Shown piece after piece: positions 14,001 through 24,655 of a stretch of DNA of 36,977 bases (position 1 is its first letter; every line of letters begins with the position of its first letter). A model generated the notes under the pieces. That model was not told the DNA's origin. It was given only the letters and a program-made list of their open reading frames with translations, and did no database searches. The translations under genes and the position numbers were made by a program. Origin of the DNA: Catajapyx aquilonaris. Its lineage: Eukaryota. The stretch covers positions 1-36,977 of the forward strand of contig KZ538999.1 of the NCBI GenBank assembly GCA_000934665.2, given 5' to 3'.

Positions 14001-16154
14001 TTTTGTCAGAGAAATTCAAGTCATTGTATTTTTCTAGCATCGGAATCATGGGTCCAAAAAACGATGCCAACCACAAGATGACCCCTATTGTCGTTGCTAA
14101 CGTCGCTGCCAAACAAAATTTAGCATTAAGTACAGTGCTTTTTTGCAACATCCAATAATAATTAGGCCAAACTTACGTTTATGTATAAAAGAGCTGACAG
14201 CAAAGCAAAATGCAACGGAAGCAAATCCATAGAGGATTAGAAACAGCAAGAAAATTGTAGGATCCGTATGCTTCAGGACCCCTCCATCAGGCCCACCGCT
14301 AAAGTTTGTTGTCAAAACCACAACAATGATGATAATTGACAGCAACAACACCATCATCGCATTCACCATCCATCCAACCCAGCTCATCAGTTCGGACAAG
14401 CCCATCATCTTCATTAATTCCTGCAATGCAAGGTCGTCATTACATCATGTACTACAACAATACATTGTCATCTCATCAAATATTACCTTCACTCCGGTAT
14501 CCTTTTCATTAACTACCCCCTTAATTATGGTCGGACACAAAAATATGAAGCTCAGTACCAAAAATAGAGGCAAAAGCGTGTCAAAAATGAGCTGAATCGC
14601 CTTGTATTCCTTGTAGGCAGGATAAGCCATTAATTGAGCATTTATCTGCAATAAATACAATTAAGTTAAAGAGAAATTAAGACATTATTTTTATAACATA
14701 CTGTACTAACCTCTGGAAGATTATCAGCAGTGCAGTTTTTGCACACAAGTGCAGTGAAACCCTTGTCAATAGCCAGCTGAATTGCTGTAAATTTACGGTT
14801 GATGTAGTTTGAAGCTGAAATCGTAAATAAAAAATTGTTTTAGGAATTAATAGCCAACTTTAAAAAAATAATAAGTGAACCTTACCAAAATATTCGTCGA
14901 GAGGACTGACTCCAAATCTAGTGTCATACAAATACTTCGTGTGAAACGGCGGATGAAGCCTGACCTTATACCTCAGGTTTTTGGGAGGACTTCCATCTTC
15001 AGGAAATTCTCCTTCGAACACTACACCACCCACGAAAAATTGTCTCTTGTTATTAGTAAATGCCATGCTGGAGAAATTGTCCGCAGCTTCCAGAATATCA
15101 TCCTCAGTGTCGTAAGCCACGATTTCTGTAAGAGAAGAACATGACTCGTCATGTTATGTAGAATCAAAAAATGCAATATTGTATAGACGAATTTTTTATG
15201 AGCTCAACCGAGTGCGCACCCACACTCGCGCAGCTCCATTGTTCAGACAGCGTTGCCAGATTTACTCCCTAGGGTGTCCAAAAAATTAATTCACACCCGT
15301 GGCCCCTGAGGTTCGTTCCATAGCTTTGGGAACATCGCAAATATAGGCTATTTTGTTTCCCCAAGCGTAGCGTTGGAAATAAGTGCAGCAGTGCACCCAC
15401 TCTATAGCTTACCAACTACCATTTATAATAATTCCAACAAACGGGCGTTGTAAAAAATAGGATTCCAAATTTGTAACACCTCAAAAATAAATAATAAAGG
15501 TCTGGCTGAAAACCCCTAAGGGTAGGCCTATCATCCATTAATATTATTATATATATTTTATTAATAATTCCAACCGTGCACGCTGCGCGAACTGTAGTGC
15601 GCACTCGATTGCGTTAGTTTTTAAAAAAATACATATAAGTTTTTAAAGATGTGTTCATTGCAAATTTGTTTTGTTATGCGTATTGTAACATACAATATTT
15701 CATACTATTCATAGTTCAGAGAATCAAAATAATATCTTTGGCCAAGGCCAATGCCCAATCAGATAGTTTCCAGGAAGCGCAACAACTATAAAAATATCCC
15801 CCTCAACTCAGTGGTGCCAAACTCACCGGTGTCCTCCACATTCACGAATTCCTGGATCTTTCCCATCAGACTTTCTGTGAACATGTTGGCAGGCGTGTAT
15901 CCCAAAACTGTCCTGGTGTTAATCTGAAGTCTGTCGCTCATGTATCCCATGATGGCCCTCTCGGTGTACGGCCTGTACACAGTCGCGTCGTACTGCACCA
16001 CTTGGAAGGGTCCACTGAACGACATGTTGGTGTACATCAGAAGAACGGACAAGAGCGTGGGCAGGATCAACTCGCAAATGGTCATCACATAATGTCTCTT
16101 GCGAAGAAGACAGTTCTTCCACATCAGAAGTGTGAAGTGACGTAACGTCCCCAT
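8025..16154 (-). CDS. ABCA3: ABC transporter subfamily A (ABCA3-like), paralog 2; complete, ~1721 aa, 24 coding exons
   Basis: Start [24 protein letters not shown]1 has GHNGAGKTT / LSGGQKRKL / [13 protein letters not shown]2 has GVNGAGKTT / YCPQFD / YSGGNKRKL / [10 protein letters not shown] / [13 protein letters not shown]-terminal [11 protein letters not shown] resembles the ABCA VFVNFA motif. Exons: 15827-16154, 14886-15125, 14711-14814, 14487-14645, 14177-14420, 13929-14105, 13684-13865, 13347-13626, 13130-13284, 12737-12892, 12582-12653, 12356-12494, 12040-12289, 11846-11934, 11650-11765, 11040-11507, 10609-10903, 10417-10542, 10102-10344, 9746-10036, 9453-9679, 9031-9389, 8426-8651, 8025-8264. 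These sum to 5166 nt, in frame to TAA. The symbol means 'ABCA3-like', not proven orthology. Confidence 0.95.
10543..10608 (-). other. Non-canonical GC-AG intron in ABCA paralog 2
   Basis: Minus strand reads GGA ATA G|gcgagt ... tacag|GT GTT ATC. This preserves the frame and matches the position of a GT-AG intron in paralog 1 (1035-1183). Confidence 0.85.
15205..15611. mobile_element. MITE-like insertion (~407 bp, ~30-bp imperfect terminal inverted repeats) in the first coding intron of ABCA paralog 2
   Basis: Left end caaccgagtgcgcacccacactcgcgcagc (15205-15234) versus the reverse complement of the right end (15582-15611), caatcgagtgcgcactacagttcgcgcagc: 23/30 identical. No clear target-site duplication (TSD). 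Confidence 0.6.
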
Positions 16155-19023
16155 TTTGTTGGTTTTGACACTGGTTCACTGCAATTTGTCACCAACCTTT
16201 TGAACACATGGCTCTCCAGTAGGTGGAAGGGGTCCACACAAAGAAGGGCAATGTGCCTAAATGGGCGGCATTTGGGCGTGGGTGAGGATATCATGCATGA
16301 CCTCACGAAAAGAGCGCAAAAAAAAAAAAGCCTTGAAAAGAATTTTTTGTTGCCAGTAGTACAACGGACTAAAGCTGTGAGCACAGTATGACCTGAGTGC
16401 TGTATACCTGTATGTCACATGCAGGCGGCATATCGACATATCGACCATACATTATGTTTGAATTTATTATTAATGGCGCCCTTGATGTCAGCCGGTCTTA
16501 GCAATAGAAAAAATGCGTAGATACACTGAAATATAATTCCGTTAAATACAAAATGGAAGTGACATGCAAATTCGTAGTAAAATTTTTTACACATTTCTGT
16601 CGCATAACATGTTTCCCCTCCAGACGCTATTTACTGCAATTATAAACCACACCCATATGACCTGTCCTATTTACCGGTACTCGATGGCGCCATGTTTTCA
16701 AATTAACACTCACCGGCTATATTAAGCATGTGCAGCGATAGTTAACCGATTAAAATAATGTGACATGCGTAAATTTGATAGCCAAATATATTCTTACCAT
16801 GATATTATAGTAGGGTTGAATTGGTTGTGTTGGAGTCGAGCGAATGTGCCTGAGTATTTTCTGAGGGATCGATAAGGCTGGCACAAGTGCGCATGGCAGC
16901 TGCTGCCCATTTCTCCTTTTGTGTACTTCATTGTGTCAAATTTGCATGAGCAAAACGCACATAAATAATATTGAATATGCTCAGGGTCATTGTCAAAGGC
17001 ATGGCCACCATATGCTCAAAAATTCATGCTGGATTAATTTGTCCAATTTGTATTGCATATGATTTTTTTTAAATACATATAAAAATCAAAACAAGAGGCG
17101 ATAATGTTAACCGCACTGACAAATAAAGGAAGTTAAGAACCACCACTGAAAACCACAATGTTGTTCAGTAACAAGTATTTTACGATTACGATTACATACC
17201 ATGAGTTGCTTCTTCAGAACAACCACTTGCTTTGTTACAAAGTGTCTATGTGACTAATTACTAGTTCGGCTTTCTTGATTGCCTTGCACAATATGTTGTT
17301 CTGGTTGGGAAGAAGAGTGGAAAGCAATTTAATCACGTTTGATGGTCCTTGTCAGCTTATTTTTTTGGCTTTCTATCAGGCTCATATTCGAGGAATGGTA
17401 TGCCTCATGTAGTTTATAGTGCTGAGGAATGCATCGTATCAAGTTCGTTGGCATGAGACGATATCATTCTCTCTACGTACGAGTGTACGACAAAGATTAA
17501 TATCTTTCAAGACACGATTTATCCTTTCCAAGGTCTACTGAAACGAACTTAGCATTTCACCTGGTATTAGCCCATACTCTTACTATGCAAATGACAAAAG
17601 GAACAAGTGCAATGCAGACTTTGCGAATCACATGATAGCCTTTTTCACGTGCACTGTATAGAACCTTTTGTCATGCATAATAATATTGTATGCCACCACA
17701 TTGTTGGCCATTTGCTGTATACAGCATAATTTTGCAATAAAATAATCATAATGATTCAAACCACCTGGGCTCGTCATATATTTTATCATCAGTAATGCCT
17801 ATTCTAAAAATTAATAAATTACAGGCATTTCTTTGAGGTTGTCCTTGCGGATAGTCTTTCATTTTTTCTGCCCAACGTTTCACAAGAATTTTTGAATGAA
17901 TTCTTGGACATTGGTAGAAAGCAAGTAGAGTTGCTTCCTCTACACGACATTCCCAAAACTGGAATTTCTTGATCATTCCTTCGAGTTTGTATACAACACC
18001 ATTGCATCTCGATCGATCGAACATGATAAACCTATAGTGACTGGTCAGGTACATGCAAAGGCTATGAGTTTGATGATAATGAAAGTAATGACATGAACAA
18101 CCACGCTCTGCACACACATCTTGCGAACACTATACACATACATCCCGCGGAGACACACAGGAAAAATCTGTTTTGAACTGTTACACACATTGTATAATCA
18201 CAGATCCTTTATTAAAATACACAAAAGTGAAAAATGCGGTATCTTCATTCAAATTCACTTGTTACATCAGGAAACGAAAGGAATCTTCTGCCGTCTTCTC
18301 CGTCTCACCAACATGGCTGACTGGTATAAGGAAACTGCTTGCTCTCCAGTTGCACACCTTTGCAATTTGCATACCGGTATTGATGGAAGCATCCAAGGTT
18401 TAACCGTGCGTAAACCCATGTCCTGAGGCAGACTCCCTCTTTTGACAGCATGAATCCCCAGCACGTCCAATCTCATAACCATGCTCATAACGTAACTTTA
18501 CACATTACGCCATCTGTGATGAACACAGAAACAACACGAAATATATTTTTTGCGAGTGAAATAATATTAACAAGTGGCCAAATTAGGTTGCGTGACTACA
18601 AATAGGAATGGGCAAAACTTACAGGTAAATGCCATGGGCAATCATAAACCTATGTGTACTGTACAATTGAAAAATTGAACAACATATCACATCAACGTAG
18701 AGACGGCTTGGCTGGGAAAAGCTCGGTAGCAGCCAAATAAAATGCATCAAAACAAAGGAATGCTCTGGGAGGGTACTGCACACTGACCAAACAATTTACA
18801 CAAATTAAGAATTAAAAAATGCTGATGAAAAAAAAATAACTCGAAGAAATTGTTTGGTAACACATCACCTGCGATCGCAAGATAAGTCCTGCTCACCAGC
18901 AATAATTACGAAAAAATTGCTGAAGTGTTCTCATTAGGATGGACCACCATTTCACATAAAAGTGCCACCGATATATTGCAAAAGGAGGAATTACAAACGC
19001 AAGGATTGAGCAAGCTTTTAATT

Positions 19024-19029
19024 TTTATT
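19024..19029 (-). promoter_or_regulatory. Candidate polyadenylation signal of the Shisa-like gene
   Basis: tttatt on the plus strand, ~510 nt after the stop at 19536. Other candidates lie further downstream (e.g. ~18208). Confidence 0.3.
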
Positions 19030-19535
19030 GACCAACACAGTTCACTCCTGTGGGAGAGTGTCAAAAGTTCCGACGACGTAGCTGACTGAAAATTTGGTAA
19101 CTAGTGGTACTGATTAGTGACTTGAGGGGGGGCAAGGACACTGGCAGGAAGTCACAAACTGTACACAAGGAATGGCACATACATGCTATCACAAACAACT
19201 GCTTCCTCCCAACATGATTTTTGTTCTAGCTCTACTTACATGTTGCCTTTTTTAAAAAAAAACATGAACTGAATGCATGGACCCAATAATGTGGAAAAGT
19301 TCCACATGTGACCACATATAAATGAGAGGATGGACTTCGTGAACAATGAAGCGCATAGAAAAAAGTACTTGTACTCAAATGACATACGCCATCTGTTTAA
19401 GTCAACAACAGAACTGTACGAGTACCAACGTTCAACATGACTCTGAATAAACCGTGATTACAAAAAATGAGTTGACATTCACCCCTTTTCCCCTACCATG
19501 AATTCATGGTATCTCATGACTTTTGCACTTCCCAA

Positions 19536-22460
19536 CTATTTGTAGTAAGGATTATATGCGCTTTGTTTCTGTGCATGTTCTTGAGTTCCTGGATAAGGTG
19601 GCGGCTGCTCTCCAGGGTAAGGCATTGGCATCTGGTAGTTGGCAGGCGGACCCTGCTGCGTACCAGGTGGCATGTGTGGAGGGTATCCTGGATGAGGAGG
19701 GCCCATCGGCATCTGGCTTTGCGGCGGATAGTTTGGCTGAAGAGTCACCGTCACATTTGGCTGGTTAGGCACTGTAGCTGGAAATAATCACGTTAGTCTC
19801 ATCGCACTAGTGGAATGCAGTGGAATCGAGCCCAACCTCTAGCTTGAACAAAAATCTAGCCATATGTCAGACACATAAATGCCTAGTAATACCTTCTCTG
19901 CTGACATGATTCTGTATGCAGTTCACTGACCCTGTCGCTACACTTCCCAGCAATAAAATATGCCAACTGCACACACAGACCAACTCTCTTCAACGACACT
20001 CAAAAATAATGAGGTCCTTGCCCTCTCTCTGATATTATGACTGACAGAGGCACGTACATAAAATTTCATATCACATGTGCATGCCTAGCAAAGAAATAAC
20101 CAAGGCTCCTTCGGCAAGAATTTCATCCTGGTCAACTATTTTTACAAATTACTAGAAAGAATTTCCACCATATGCTGTCAGTACTGTAAACTTCAACTGG
20201 CAGTGCCATAAAGCATCATTCGACAGACTCAACTCAGGCACAAGTTGCAAGCCAGAAAGGTCAAGCACTGGTGAGGAATCCATCAAAATTATTACTAACT
20301 TCTGTAAACAGCACCCCTTTGCCTCCTCTTGTACAAGATGCAGAACGGGCAGAAACAGCAGCACAGGCAGCATATGACCAGGATGGCGCCAATCACAGCT
20401 GCTATTGTGGCTAGGATGCTGCCCAGCCTGTAAATTTGACAAGTGTTTAATATATTTCATGCGAGTCGGAAGTGAGTCCCCAGGAAGCGCAGGTGCAAGA
20501 CCAAGACAAGTGTTTGTAGATTTAAAAAAGCAATGCTTAGTGAAAGCGCATCCAACTGAACCAGCCACGACTGCTGTAATTTCATGACATTAAAAAAAAT
20601 GAACAGCTGCAAGCTTTGGACAATTACAAATTATACACCGAAGCAGCCCTATCAATCTGCTCTTACGCCATAGAAGCACGGCGATTGTGACGGTCTTTAT
20701 AATCACGGAAATTGTCATCATCATCATCATCATGATGCCAGGCCCTAGCCGCAGGTATATCTCTGAAAGGGACATGAGGAAATGATAGCTGCATTGCTAG
20801 CACACATCGAATTCATGCACAAATTAAAATGCTTTGGCTTGCTGTGAGTTAGTCCATGCTCATATGTAGCTAAAAGTGAATACAGCCTTTTAGCTGAGGG
20901 TATTATTATAGTGTTTGTGACACCGGTCCTTCGGTTGCTCTGAAATATTTTGAGACCCATCTTTCCCCAGTAATATCTATAGTACATGCGAATTACGTTA
21001 TTAAACAGATATTATATCATTGTCAAAGTGCTCATTAGTTTAGTTTACTAATCAAGAGAGTCAGGCACACCTCATGACCATTTCATCATCCAGTGGGTTG
21101 CTGCAGCATCTTTGGCTATCCCCATTGGTGCAACAGAACACTTCATCTTTGCGGTCGAGTATTGTTGGGCAGTCGAATGTTGTCCTCAGGCCAAACACCT
21201 TCTTGTAGCATTCCAGTCCCCAGCCTGCGTCAAGAATGACATCACCAGATTAGATAGCGGTTAAGATCGCTGGCATATGGTGTGATAACATGCAAAAAAT
21301 GCAGTGCTGATTAGTAACGGCACTGCTCTAATCCTATAACATTACTCTTATCTTTTGCATACGAAAAGCAGCCTGTTTTTCTTCCATTTTGCGTATTATA
21401 CATTGCAGCAGATCATGTATGCGAATCTTACATCCTAAATTTCATCAATGTATATTGATCTGTTTAATTTCCTAATATGCATAATGTTAAATATTCATAT
21501 TTCAAAGCAATCCATAACCCTGGTTGGTATATTTCGTGGGTTTTTTTTCCAGCCACTAGCAAGATGATTCAGCGAATGATTGCAATCCCGAAATGCCAAA
21601 GCCACTTCCTTCCTTCCCTAACACAACCGCCGTACACTGTGGATTTCCATAATAAGATTGCATACAGTCAGTACAGCAGTGAAATACACTACAGGGCTAT
21701 GACATTTTAATCTCCTTACGACCCAAGGAATCAACTTGTAAAAGTATGTACACATGTGTCAGGCTTTAAAGGAGCGTCACAGAAGCATGAATATTAATTA
21801 TGGAAATATTTATACCAGTAACGCAAAGAAAAAAGCGTACTGGATGTAACTACCACGTTGCTGACAAGGTTCCTGCCAACTCACACTGTTTATTTTGAAT
21901 CAAGATTTTTTTTTAAAAAAAAAGCTCATCATTTTTATTCCCGGCTCCCATATTTCCCCTCAGTGCCAACCTCCAACAGAATTAGATAACTTGGCATTTG
22001 AACAGCACCTGTTATGTAAACACAGGTGTGGCTTGCCTGCATCGGCTCCCAATAGACGAAGTGGCCTCTGAACACGCCCCATACACACAATAAACAGAAG
22101 CACTCGCATGCGCTTACACCGCATGTGTCATCCAATGTTTTCATTGCCGACTTTAGACACAATGCAGCTCGCACGACTACGGTTCTTAGCCGAAGTAACA
22201 TCGCCATGCCGCAATAATTGGTATGTATCATGACTCCAATGTTGCCAATGGGTACGTTGGCGACAAGGAATGCGGTGGTGTCGTACCAGTTGGCAGCATT
22301 GGATTGCGGACCGGTTCCAGATCAGGTCCAGTTTCCTTCGTGGCATGTTCTTGACTGTGGAGTGACATACTGTTGCCTGCACAATGGGAAACAAAGCAAC
22401 CTGCCCCTTACCAAACTGCAGCAGGGAGAGCAGCAGGACAGCACCCAAACAGGACTTCAT
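19536..22460 (-). CDS. Shisa-family (Shisa-4/5, scotin-like) single-pass membrane protein, ~222 aa, 5 exons
   Basis: Exons: 22412-22460 (signal peptide MKSCLGAVLLLSLLQFG); 21071-21224 (Cys-rich domain LECYKKVFGLRTTFDCPTILDRKDEVFCCTNGDSQRCC, pattern C..C..CC..CC); 20667-20762 (acidic linker); 20300-20427 (TM helix followed by ICCLCCCFCPFCILYKRR); 19536-19777 (Pro/Gln-rich tail with PPPY, ending AYNPYYK*). All introns are GT-AG with consistent phases (669 nt total). The architecture matches Shisa-family proteins. Confidence 0.88.
20715..20733 (-). repeat. Coding (GAT)n microsatellite encoding poly-Asp (HHDDDDDD) in Shisa-like exon 3
   Basis: tcatcatcatcatcatcat on the plus strand. Confidence 0.8.
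22235..22303. repeat. 69-nt inverted-repeat hairpin (22-bp arms) in Shisa-like intron 1
   Basis: tccaatgttgccaatgggtacg (22235-22256) versus the reverse complement of 22282-22303, tccaatgctgccaactggtacg: 19/22 identical, with a 25-nt loop. Confidence 0.75.
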
Positions 22461-23633
22461 CTCTGCTCTCTATAGTTGGTGGTGTGGATGCTGCTTATGT
22501 ATGTTCCCCCTTGCACCAAACACAGCGTTGGTTGCTACGAAAGGGGCGGATGAAAAGGAGAGCCCAACAAGACTTGGAGACGGAAACTAACTAAAGCATC
22601 CGCTCGACTGACTCACTCTCACACAAACACTGCCTCTCAAGGACACTCAAGGGGTGCGTCCGAATACCAGGGAGGTCCCTGACCCACTTTCAGGGGGAAA
22701 GGACGGCAGGTTTTCCACTCTGACAGCAGTGGACCTTGCGTCTAATCGGGACTCGAGAGGAACTAATGTTATGGGGTGGAACTGAGCCGGATTTTAAGCT
22801 GTGATTAGTGATCAACCGTGGTGGATCACCCAAGTGGTGACTCGATAGTGCACACTTGTGGCTGCAATTCAGACGACGGCGGACTGTACGTAACGTAGCG
22901 GCTACGATGTTGAACTGCTGGAGCAGCTGTTGAAAGTAGCGACTATTTCACTGCAAATAATGTCGTCGTGTTAACCACATAATAAACAGCATAAATACAG
23001 GTCATAATCTAATAATTAAACAAAATTCGATTAATATTCAACACACGATCATTTACAACAGCATTTTCGACGCCAGAAAGAGCCTGAGCTAGTAATAGCT
23101 ATTACAGCAGCCATTAGCTCTTGCAGCAGCTATGAAGGGATAACTAGTACCTAATTGAATTTAATTACAATTTGCACTATTTTTTTGCAATATTAAACCT
23201 ATTTAATCACAGTTCGTAGGTTAAGTGTGTTCACATAAAATAATTTGTGCCATCTATGAGCAGGTATTGGAACTGATCTGCTGAGTGTGCAAAATGGCCG
23301 GAGACGATCAGAGGAATAGCGAAGGGGACGAGCCCGAGGAGGTAATCCATAATTATAGAATGACCAAAATTATCTAAAATTAATGTAGACACAACGTATG
23401 CAGTCGGAAGCTGGCTAACATGTCGGTAGAAATCTGTAGGCGGCATAGTAGTTAGAATGTAGCAGGCAGGGTGTACTACATTAAGGGTTGGTAGCCTCTC
23501 ATATGTTGTAAAAGATGAGGTGTGTTTAGGTTACCCTGTTTCGGTTAGAACGTGTTCTGTAAGCGAAAAAAAGAAGGAACAACATAAACAAACAGTTCTA
23601 ACTCGACGTTCTGGACGATTTGGCACTAAAAAT

Positions 23634-24099
23634 ATGCCTGACAAGGAACCTGGGAAAGTGAGCAACATCTAGTGATAAGTTGTTTGGTCATACCGCAATG
23701 AAAAGTAACTTGTACGTAAAGTTTCACGTACTAAATGTGAACTTTTTTGTCTTTTCAGGAGGAGTTGGTGGTGAGTCCGCACTTTTCCTGCAGGACAATT
23801 GGGTAAGTTACAAGTACCGGTACTTTATTTATGTTCCCCTTTAGGACCCTAAGGACACCCTGAAGGAGCAGTGCAGTGAGAAGAAGGACTGCGCTGCCTT
23901 CCAGGAGAAGTTAAACGAGTGCAATGACCGTGTCAACGGCCGAACTCGCACCACCGAGAATTGCACCGAGGAGCTCTTTGACTACCTGCACTGCGTCGAT
24001 CACTGTGTAAGTATGCCGCATTTGCCATTGATGCATTGATGTGACAAAAGAGTTTTATATTTTCAGGTGAGCAAGAAGCTGTTCCCCTGCCTCAAGTGA
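23634..24099 (+). CDS. UQCRH: Cytochrome b-c1 complex subunit 6 (hinge protein, QCR6/UQCRH), 76 aa, 4 exons
   Basis: Exons 23634-23657 (MPDKEPGK), 23759-23770 (EELV), 23845-24006 (DPKDTLKEQCSEKKDCAAFQEKLNECNDRVNGRTRTTENCTEELFDYLHCVDHC) and 24067-24099 (VSKKLFPCLK*). Carries the hallmark ELVDP..C..C..CNDRV..E.CTEELFD.LHC.DHCV motif. All introns are GT-AG, phase 0. The first exon is less certain than the core. Confidence 0.93.
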
Positions 24100-24349
24100 T
24101 CTAGCGTCTAGTTCCAAGTAGCACGACCCCTTGTTACTCCTCGTCTTGTTCAAATTCATAGATGATAAGCCATGCCCAAAGATCAGTAATTATGAGCATC
24201 ATATGATGTAATCCACTTGAAAATATATGTGGCTCTAGCAACCATGCCTGTTTTTTTTTGTGATCAGTTTCAGCAATTTGGTTGTGAGTGCGAAGAAAAT
24301 TGCAGAGACATGCTAATGATGCAACATGCTGTGAAACTGCAGGATTTAA

Positions 24350-24655
24350 AGGTGTGTTTACATGTGAGCCAATTGATGAGCAAAATCTTCGCCGATGGTG
24401 AGTAACCCAAGTAACCAATATAGTTTAGGCAAAAATCAATTGTTAAGGTGCGTTTACATGTGAGCGATTTGATGAGCGAAGAGAAGCGAAATGCTGAAAT
24501 TAATCATAGATTTTCGCCTCAAACAATATTGGTTACCTGGGTTACTCACCCTCGCCAAAGATTTTGCTCGTTGAACCGCTCACATGTAAATGCACCTTTA
24601 ATTTCAGCCTCGGTGAAGATTTTGCTCGTCAAATTGCTCACATGTAAATGCACCA
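24350..24655. mobile_element. PIF/Harbinger (Tourist-like) MITE, outer copy (~151 bp once the nested copy is removed)
   Basis: TIR AGGTGTGTTTACATGTGAGC ... GCTCACATGTAAATGCACCA, flanked by TAA (24347-24349) and TAA (24656-24658). Confidence 0.8.
24446..24597. mobile_element. Second copy of the same MITE (152 bp) nested in inverted orientation
   Basis: TIR AGGTGCGTTTACATGTGAGC ... GCTCACATGTAAATGCACCT, with TTA TSD at 24443-24445 and 24598-24600. Its internal sequence is the reverse complement of the outer copy's (gagtaacccaagtaaccaat vs attggttacctgggttactc; gctgaaatta vs taatttcagc). Confidence 0.8.

Noticed and set aside
1630..16391. Many short plus-strand ORFs overlapping the ABCA genes (e.g. 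1630-1848, 3868-4182, 10586-10912)
   Set aside because: Antisense shadows of real minus-strand exons, with no recognisable motifs.
16500..19500. ORFs such as 17746-18117 and 18121-18426 between ABCA paralog 2 and the Shisa-like gene
   Set aside because: No domain resemblance or consistent exon chain. More simply UTR, promoter or intergenic DNA.
20590..20775. ORF with a poly-Met run (GIMMMMMMT) that looks like a membrane peptide
   Set aside because: It is the wrong frame of Shisa-like exon 3; the splice phases require the poly-Asp frame.
22128..22411. Read-through ORF 22128-22460 as a secreted peptide, or an extra exon starting at 22376
   Set aside because: A strong donor (G|gtaagg) at 22411 joins in phase to the Shisa-domain exon. 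The alternative needs a 35-nt intron and meets a stop.
22651..22878. ggggtgcgtccgaata ... aattcagacg as the ends of a Harbinger-like MITE
   Set aside because: Only ~9 bp of imperfect complementarity and no TSD; too weak to call.
24350..24655. Four spaced near-identical repeats resembling a CRISPR array
   Set aside because: The repeats are in both orientations, the 'spacers' are reverse complements of each other, the context is eukaryotic with no cas genes, and nested MITEs explain it fully.
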